Positions 57,734-64,000 of a stretch of 64,000 nt of DNA are shown here, piece by piece. The stretch lies in assembly GCA_963836185.1 (NCBI GenBank), contig CAWIIQ010000002.1, positions 128,001-192,000 on the forward strand, written 5' to 3'. The stretch is from Candidatus Krumholzibacteriia bacterium (lineage in GTDB: Bacteria > Krumholzibacteriota > Krumholzibacteriia > Krumholzibacteriales > Krumholzibacteriaceae). The notes beneath the pieces were generated by a model. It did no database searches, was not told the DNA's origin, and saw nothing but the letters and a program-made list of their open reading frames with translations. Positions within the stretch are counted from its first letter, which is position 1; each line of letters begins with the position of its first letter. The position numbers and the translations under genes were made by a program.

Positions 57734-58711
57734 TCATCTCATGATGAGCTCGGGAGCGGGCGGCATCGATCTGAGCATTGCCGTAGCGCTTTCCTTTCGC
57801 TCGAAATCTTTCCATGCCCTTGCGACCTGATCGATCGTCATTCCGAGCGATTCCGCGGTCTCTTCCTGGGGAATGCCGTTTCGCCGCGCGTAGAGGATCA
57901 TGTCGGCTGTATCGTAGGACATGCAGAAATAAAAATCCTTGTCGCTCACGGGGAGGCTGTACGTGTCGGGGCTGGGCGTCCTGTCAAGGACCTCCTGAGG
58001 CACCCCGAGATACTCCCCTAGCTTGAATACCTGGCTCTTGTACAGGTTCGTCAGGGGCTCGATATCGACGCCGCCATCACCGTACTTCACGAAGAATCCC
58101 TGTACCGTCTCTGGCAGGTTGGTCGTGCCGCAGACGATGTAGTAGCGTTTTTCGGCCTCGTAGTAAAGCTGGGTCATCCTGACTCTCTGCTTGACGTCGT
58201 TTGCGGCCATCATCGCGAGGTAATCGTCGCGAGCGAGCCGCTTCGATTCTATATCTCCACCCGGCATCTCGAGTTCGAGGTAATATGCGCTTATCCTGTC
58301 CCTGTCGAGCAGGTCCTGGGGAAGGGTAAGCCTGAATCTCTGTCCATCCTCGTAGTCGCTGAAGTACTTTCTGACGATCGTGTTTCTCACGTCGTAGACC
58401 CCGAAGGCCTCGACCATCGGGGTGATCTCGACTTCTTCGCACGCTATGCCGATCTCTGCGGCCACCGAACTGCCGTACTCGCGGCTGACGGGATCGGAGT
58501 CTTTCTCGGGCAGGAGCACGCCGAATACCCTGTCGGCGCCCAGGGCCCGCACGGAGAGCGCGGCCGCGACGGTCGAATCGATGCCGCCGCTGAGGCCTAT
58601 GATTATTCCTTTTCTCCTGAACACGCCCGTGACCTGCTCTCGTATGAAATCCACGAGCTGCCCGGCGACTTTTTCTGCGTCGAAATCAAGAACGCTTCTA
58701 TCGAATACCAT
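57734..58711 (-). CDS. nadE: NH3-dependent NAD+ synthase-like protein (cluster-associated NadE homolog)
   Basis: 'GLSGGIDS', 'KQRVRM', 'GTTNLPE..GFFVKYGDG', 'LYKSQV', 'PSPD'. Confidence 0.8.
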   Translation of the reverse strand: MVFDRSVLDFDAEKVAGQLVDFIREQVTGVFRRKGIIIGLSGGIDSTVAAALSVRALGADRVFGVLLPEKDSDPVSREYGSSVAAEIGIACEEVEITPMVEAFGVYDVRNTIVRKYFSDYEDGQRFRLTLPQDLLDRDRISAYYLELEMPGGDIESKRLARDDYLAMMAANDVKQRVRMTQLYYEAEKRYYIVCGTTNLPETVQGFFVKYGDGGVDIEPLTNLYKSQVFKLGEYLGVPQEVLDRTPSPDTYSLPVSDKDFYFCMSYDTADMILYARRNGIPQEETAESLGMTIDQVARAWKDFERKESATAMLRSMPPAPELIMR

Positions 58712-60282
58712 TATTTCAATCCCTTCTTCGTGATCTTTCCCGAAGAGGTCATCGGAAGCGAATCGCGTATTTCTATCTTCCCAGGGACCATGAAGTCCTC
58801 CAGGCTGGCGCTGCAGTGGGCGAGTATCTCTTTCTCGGAAAGCTCCGAGCCCTCGCGCAGCACGACGAATCCTTTTATCGCCTCACCGAGCAGGTCGTCG
58901 GGCACGCCGATCACGGCGGCTTCGACAATCCCGTCCAGGGCGTAGAGCACGCTCTCCACCTCTTTCGGGCTGACCTTCTCACCCCTGCTCTTTATGATAT
59001 CGTCCTTCCTCGACACGAAGTAGAGAAAACCTTCCTCGTCCATCCTGAAGAGGTCTCCCGTGTAGAGTGATTTCTCCCATGGAAAGAGCCCCGCACGCAG
59101 CATCTCCGCCGTCTCCCCGGGCCGTTCCCAGTATCCCTGCATCACGTTCGGTCCCCGCACTACCAGCTCGCCGGTCACGTCCGGTTCCTCGATCAGACGG
59201 CCCTTTTCATCGATGAGGTAGACCTCCTCGTTCGGCATTCCCTTTCCTACTGATGCCGGCCTGCGCTCCAGCTCCGCCGGCGGCAGGTAGGAGACCCGCT
59301 TGCACTCGGTCAGGCCGTACATCGAGTATATCGATGCGCCCGGGAAGATCCGCTGCAGCCCCCTTATATGGCTGACCGGAAGGGCCGCGGCAGTGTTGGT
59401 CAGATATCTCAGCGATGGAAACTCTTCCGTCTCGAGCTCCTTGAGTTGAAGGAGGATCGCCGACATCGTCGGCACTATCGGAAAGCCCGTCACGTTTTCT
59501 TTCTGGAGCAGATTGATCGCCTGGTAAGTATAGTTGAATGATTTCTCGAGTACGACCGTTCCGCCGAACTGGGCCGCCATTATGATCTGGTAGAGGCCGT
59601 AGTCGAACGACATGGCGAGGACGCTCAGGATGATATCGTCCTCAGTGTTATCGAGGTAGGTCGTGATCGATGTGGAGGCCGAGACCATGTTCGTATGTGT
59701 CAGCATCACACCTTTTGGATCGCCTGTGGTTCCCGACGTGTAGACCAGCGCGGCGAGATCGATATCGATCGACCGTCTTTCGGGTCTCGAGTCGTCCTCG
59801 ACTGAAAGAGCTTCTTCCCATTCGATGAGTCTCATCCCGGCCGGCGCCTCTTCCCGGATCCCGTCGCGCATCTTTCCGGCGACGATCAGTGTGTCGAGGG
59901 AGGGGACGGTCCCGATGGCAGCCGAGACAGTCTTCCACCTCGAAGAATGAGTTATCAGAGCTGTGGCGCGGCAGTCGTTGAGTATGAATCCGGCCTTGGC
60001 GGCTTTGGTCGTAGGGTTGATCACGAGAAAGGTCGCGTCCGCCTTCAGGATCGCCCATATCGAGATCACGGCCTCGACCGAGTTGTACGCGAGAACGGCG
60101 ACTCGGTCGTGATACCCCACTCCGCTGCCGGTCAGCGTGCGTGCGAGCCTGTTGGCGCGGCTTTCGATCTCGGAGAAGGTCAGTCGTTCGTCGCCGCATA
60201 TCAGGGCAGTCTTGCCGGGCAGCCTGTCGGCGCTTCTTTCGAGGAATTCTTGCAGCAGCATAACCGGATTCCACGGCGTCAA
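58711..60282 (-). CDS. AMP-dependent acyl/aminoacyl-carrier ligase (adenylate-forming)
   Basis: 'YTSGTTGDPKGVM', 'SFDYGLYQ', 'SMYGLTECKR', 'YTGDLF', 'SRKDDIIKSRGEKVSP', 'SSGK'. Confidence 0.88.
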   Translation of the reverse strand: MTPWNPVMLLQEFLERSADRLPGKTALICGDERLTFSEIESRANRLARTLTGSGVGYHDRVAVLAYNSVEAVISIWAILKADATFLVINPTTKAAKAGFILNDCRATALITHSSRWKTVSAAIGTVPSLDTLIVAGKMRDGIREEAPAGMRLIEWEEALSVEDDSRPERRSIDIDLAALVYTSGTTGDPKGVMLTHTNMVSASTSITTYLDNTEDDIILSVLAMSFDYGLYQIIMAAQFGGTVVLEKSFNYTYQAINLLQKENVTGFPIVPTMSAILLQLKELETEEFPSLRYLTNTAAALPVSHIRGLQRIFPGASIYSMYGLTECKRVSYLPPAELERRPASVGKGMPNEEVYLIDEKGRLIEEPDVTGELVVRGPNVMQGYWERPGETAEMLRAGLFPWEKSLYTGDLFRMDEEGFLYFVSRKDDIIKSRGEKVSPKEVESVLYALDGIVEAAVIGVPDDLLGEAIKGFVVLREGSELSEKEILAHCSASLEDFMVPGKIEIRDSLPMTSSGKITKKGLK

Positions 60283-60533
60283 GCCGTCGTCTGAGTCTTC
60301 CTGCTTATATAAGCAACGAGTTTGTTTACCGATTCGAAATTATCGGGAATCAGTTCCTTGTCCGCCACCTCTAACCCGAACTCATCCTCGATGAACCCGA
60401 CGACCTCGAGCACACCTGTCGAATCTATGATTCCCACATCGAAGAAGAGATCGTCGTCGTCGAGCGAGGCATCCTCGCTGCCGAACATGAAATTTTCGAT
60501 GATGAAATTCCTGAGTTTCTCTTTCGTATCCAA
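60279..60533 (-). CDS. Acyl/aminoacyl carrier protein
   Basis: 84 aa acidic protein with 'GIIDSTG' phosphopantetheine site; TTG start with AAGGAG RBS. Confidence 0.9.
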   Translation of the reverse strand: MDTKEKLRNFIIENFMFGSEDASLDDDDLFFDVGIIDSTGVLEVVGFIEDEFGLEVADKELIPDNFESVNKLVAYISRKTQTTA

Positions 60534-60622
60534 TTAGTTCTCCTTGGTTTTCATCTGCCGGCCTCTGTCGGATCGCAGAGGAAATCATCCATATGCGGGA
60601 TTCTACAGTACTTGCGTTCATA

Positions 60623-60638
60623 AGCAAGAAAAAGTCCA
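60623..60638 (-). promoter_or_regulatory. Candidate sigma54 promoter for the ACP-ligase-NadE-amidotransferase-GT2-ligase operon
   Basis: Minus strand TGGACTTTTTCTTGCT (GG-N10-GC); shares TTTTTCTTGCT with the 53119 site. Confidence 0.5.
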
Positions 60639-60673
60639 AGCAGGGCCTTATAATGGCGGGAAGAACAGGTTTT

Positions 60674-61289
60674 TCAGGAGAGAAACGGATTTTCCGATTT
60701 TTCCTCGTCGATCGAGGTCGCCGGCCCGTGTCCCGCGTAGACGACCGTATCTCCGGGAAGCGAGAACAGCTCCCGCCGGATCGAGGCGAGGATAGTCTCC
60801 ATGTCGCCTCCGAAGAAGTCTGTTCTGCCGATAGAGCGGGCAAAGAGAGTGTCCCCGACGAATACCGCCCCGTCGAAGAGCAGGCAGATGCCGCCTTTCG
60901 TATGCCCCGGGGTGTGCAGCACCTTTCCGCTCTCACCGCCGAACTCGATCGTATCGCCCGCCGAGAGGCTCCGAGCGATCGATACGTTCTCGGGGCTGCC
61001 CAGGCCCCACATCGGGGCGTCGGCTACTGACATCTCGAGGGTTTCGAGGTCGTCGCCATGCATCGCGACATCGATCCCGTATCCGGCAGCCAGTTCGGCC
61101 GCGGAGACCATGTGGTCGCTGTGTCCGTGCGTCAGCACTATCAGGACGGGCCTGACGCCTGAGCGCTCGATATGATCCCTGATCCTCTCCGGGTTACCGC
61201 CCGGATCGATGATGATCGCCTCGCCAGCTGTCGGAGACTACGTAACAGTTTGTCGCCAGCGGCCCGACGACCAGGGTCTCTATCCGCAT
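60674..61289 (-). pseudogene. MBL-fold metallo-hydrolase (glyoxalase II/YcbL-like), +1 frameshift near 61225-61232
   Basis: ATG at 61289 gives MRIETLVVGPLATNCYVVSD; the next frame gives GEAIIIDPG...THGHSDH...HTPGHT...GD...GHG. Confidence 0.85.
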
Positions 61290-61298
61290 CGTGTTCCT

Positions 61299-61499
61299 CT
61301 ATTCTTCATCGGGGCACTCAAGCGCCCCGGTGGGACATACAAGAGCCGCCCGCCCGCAGGGGCGGCATCGCTCGGGGTATACCCGAAGGGTCATTCCCTC
61401 GATGATGAGCGCTTCGCTCGGGCAGACGGCAGAACAGGCGCCGCAGACAATGCAACTGGTGCGGTCTATTACTATTTGCGGCTTCGTATCTTTCATCAA
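61299..61499 (-). CDS. Small 4Fe-4S dicluster-type ferredoxin
   Basis: CIVCGACSAVCP plus a second, imperfect motif CRPCGRAALVCP. Confidence 0.85.
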   Translation of the reverse strand: MMKDTKPQIVIDRTSCIVCGACSAVCPSEALIIEGMTLRVYPERCRPCGRAALVCPTGALECPDEE

Positions 61500-61501
61500 T
61501 C

Positions 61502-62702
61502 TTACCTCTTTACGAGGGCGGTTACAAGCCTGAAGAGAAGTCCCGGACGCGTCGCCGCGAGGACACGCAGCATCTTGAGCGGATCGACGCCTGTAGCGGT
61601 GATCAGGCCCGGTGTATCCTTCAGCCTCGAGATCACCTTCTCCATCTCGTCGTCATCCATCGAGTAGAACGACCTGGCGGCCTGCCAGAAGATCTCGTTG
61701 GTTCTTCCTGTCGACCGCTTCCATCTCTTCGTATACCTGCCGAGGCTTCGCGACGATACATCCTCATCTTCGATGGCCTCGACGATCGTCTCCGCCGCGA
61801 GATCGGCCCCTTCGAGCGCGTTGATGATGCCTCCGCCCGAGAAAGCGTTGTTCTGGTTGGCCGCTTCGCCGACCGCTACAAATCCGCCGGCCGCGAGCGA
61901 GGGAAGCCCCCTGGCAACGACCGAGCCTCCGACGACCAGCCTGTCTCGCTCCGCTCCCGGGCAGCGACTCTCGAGGAACCGCTCAAGATAGTCGATCGCC
62001 TTGACGCCGCCGGCCATCGCGGGATTTACGCCGAGACCGATATTGGCTCTGCCCGGTCCCTTGGGGAATACCCAGGCGTACCCTCCGGGGGCGTAGCGCC
62101 GCCCGAGATGGAACTCTATCCTGCTCTCTACGGAATCTATCCCTTCGACGAGATACTGCGCCGCAGACATGACCTCGTGAGGATGGTAGGCGCCTTTGAG
62201 GCCCGCCCAGCGGGGTGATATCGATTCGACGCCGTCCGCTCCGGCCGTCACGAGGGCGCCGGCTGAATAGTTCCGGCCGCTGGCGAGGTCGGTGATCTCC
62301 ACGCCCTTTATCCTGTGATCGTTTCTCAGCAGCCCTGTGACCTGGTGGGATGTCCGCAACTCCGCTCCCGCTTCGACGGCGAGATCGGCGAGCCTGCCGG
62401 TCGAAACGCTCGCGATCGACGATGAATCCGACACCGCGTTTCTCAGCCTCGAACCACCTGCCCCTTGGAGAGACGACGGCGAATCCTTCGATGGTCGATG
62501 AAATCAGGTCGTCATCGAGTTCGAGGAAGCGTTCGACATCCTCGCGCGGGCCGATGCCCTCGGCGCACCTCACAGGGAAGCCTATCTTCTTTCTTTTTTC
62601 AAGAAGGAGGGTCGAGAGCCCCGCACTGGCGGTGAGCGCGGCGGTCCTGGAACCGGCGGGACCGGCTCCTATGACGATGACATCGAAATTCTCGTCAAGC
62701 AT
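61502..62702 (-). pseudogene. Geranylgeranyl-reductase-family FAD oxidoreductase, +1 frameshift near 62395-62400
   Basis: N-half 'VIVIGAGPAGS...PVRCAEG...DRERFDR'; the next frame continues 'LADLAVEAGA...GADGVES...YAPGGYAWVFPKG...GEAA..NAFSGGGI'. Confidence 0.88.
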
Positions 62703-63466
62703 CAGAAATAGTACTGGAGACCGATAGCCAGGCAGAGCCCGGAATAGTCGATGTCGAAGTTTGCGTCATGGATCTTGAACTTGCTCTGCGTCATCTGGAA
62801 CCGGCCGTCGATAGTGGCGCCCCACTTGTTCGATATATAGTAGTTGATCCCGAACTGGGCGTAGACGCCCGGCTCGAAGCTCGTCTCGGTGACATTCTCG
62901 TTAGGGGTGTCCAGGACCGTTCCATCATCTTCCGTGAAGGTCGATTCAAGCTTCTCATAGGGGATTACCCCCGAGAAGCCGCCGCCGATGTACGGCGCGA
63001 TCTTCTGAACCTCGGGCTTGATCATATAGTACAGAAATCCCAGGTCGATAGAGAACAGATATGTCGAGAGTGTCCTTTCCGACGTTACATAGACAGGCGG
63101 ATCGGTGATCGTGTACAGCTCGCCATTGCCATCGGCGCTGAGATAGGCGAAATTGAAGTTTGTCACCAGAAAGTGGTTGGGAGAGACCTGTCTCTGGTAC
63201 CCGGCCCTCATATAGAACGATGTCGACCAGTCTTCCCACGATTCGGAGCCGCCGCGCAGCTCCGCATAGTTGCTGAGATGCTCGGTCAGGTACTGGTGAT
63301 CCGGCCCGTCGAGAAACCCGACGAACAGATTTATCCCGTTCATCGGGATTGCGCCGAAGTACTTCTTCTGCTTGTAGAGTGAAGACTGGCCAGAAACTTC
63401 GGCTGTGGAAAATATCACGAGCAGCGCAATAACGATCGGAAAGGATTTTCTCATCAGAACTCCCAT
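62702..63466 (-). CDS. Outer-membrane beta-barrel protein
   Basis: Signal peptide, alternating aromatic beta strands, 'PYIGGG', C-terminal 'IGLQYYF'. Confidence 0.78.
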   Translation of the reverse strand: MGVLMRKSFPIVIALLVIFSTAEVSGQSSLYKQKKYFGAIPMNGINLFVGFLDGPDHQYLTEHLSNYAELRGGSESWEDWSTSFYMRAGYQRQVSPNHFLVTNFNFAYLSADGNGELYTITDPPVYVTSERTLSTYLFSIDLGFLYYMIKPEVQKIAPYIGGGFSGVIPYEKLESTFTEDDGTVLDTPNENVTETSFEPGVYAQFGINYYISNKWGATIDGRFQMTQSKFKIHDANFDIDYSGLCLAIGLQYYF

Positions 63467-63550
63467 TCTCAGCGGTGGCGGGGTCGTCTTTGACGTCGTA
63501 TTTGCCCTTTAAATCTAACTATAGAGAGCCATCAAGTCAATCAGGGACTG

Positions 63551-63904
63551 TCAGTACGAGTCGTTCGGGACGAGGCAGAGGAATCGCAGCGCCTCTTTGC
63601 CCGTGTTGACGAACTGATGCTCTCTGCCGGGCGGCACGAGGATGAACCACCCCTTCTCGAACGGTCTTCGGGCGCCTTCAAACTTCAGCTCTCCCTTTCC
63701 GTCGACGATGTAGACCTCATGTTCCCAGTCATGGGTGTGGAGGGGGGAATGCCCCCCGGGAGCGACCTCGAAGAGCCGCATGGCGAATCCGGGGGCGCCG
63801 TCTTCTTTCGAGATGAGCCACCTTATCGATACTCCCTCGACTCCATCCATCTCTACCTTGCTGGCGCAGACATCGAGCGCTTTCATCATCTTGAGCCCTG
63901 ACAT
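63551..63904 (-). CDS. Cupin-domain protein
   Basis: 'FAMRLFEVAPGGHSPLHTHDWEHEVYIVDGKG', 'VPPGREHQF'. Confidence 0.9.
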   Translation of the reverse strand: MSGLKMMKALDVCASKVEMDGVEGVSIRWLISKEDGAPGFAMRLFEVAPGGHSPLHTHDWEHEVYIVDGKGELKFEGARRPFEKGWFILVPPGREHQFVNTGKEALRFLCLVPNDSY

Positions 63905-64000
63905 ATCAATGCTCCTTTCGACAGTATGGTATTTTCTTGACGATAACCGATGGAGGACAGCGGTTCAATATCCACTTGCGATAAAAGACGCGCGGGTACA

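Noticed and set aside
1-64000. CRISPR arrays, tRNA/rRNA genes, transposases, integrases or prophage genes
   Set aside because: No regular repeat-spacer pattern, RNA-gene signature or mobile-element motif was seen by eye; intergenic spaces are mostly short.

Overview
A gene-dense, GC-rich bacterial window with about 53 CDS and no rRNA, tRNA, CRISPR array or mobile element that I can see. The gene content (PorV/UPF0164-like barrels, FlgD-type C-terminal domains, a C-terminal 'SSWGSIKRSYR' tail) suggests an FCB-group candidate lineage such as Krumholzibacteriota/Latescibacterota; this is inference. Layout: (1) 0.4-10.6 kb, a small glycan export/ligation operon (Wzx, GT-C+TPR, Wzz-like, O-antigen-ligase-like), a further GT-C and a CTD-cargo/PorV pair. 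(2) 10.8-28 kb, mixed housekeeping genes: tandem Na/Pi cotransporters, DAACS symporter, pcm, M48 protease, UbiA, acyl-CoA ligase, nitroreductase, TrmH, and two amidohydrolases carrying an inserted transmembrane hairpin. (3) About 28-60.6 kb, a large surface-polysaccharide synthesis and decoration island whose operons are repeatedly preceded by sigma54-type (-24/-12) promoter motifs. (4) 60.7-64 kb, an OMP/GGR/ferredoxin/MBL gene string and a cupin. The top candidate for an undescribed system lies inside the island: a divergent RtcB-family GTP-dependent ligase, translationally coupled to an HprK-like P-loop kinase and followed by a methyltransferase-like protein, an APH-like kinase, a heparinase II/III-like protein and a polysaccharide deacetylase, with no RNA-repair partners in the window. 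This suggests RtcB chemistry repurposed for glycan phospho-modification. Four genes (UbiA, asnB, MBL, GGR) carry single-base frameshifts, most likely assembly errors. All functional calls come from motifs recognised by eye; no database search was run.
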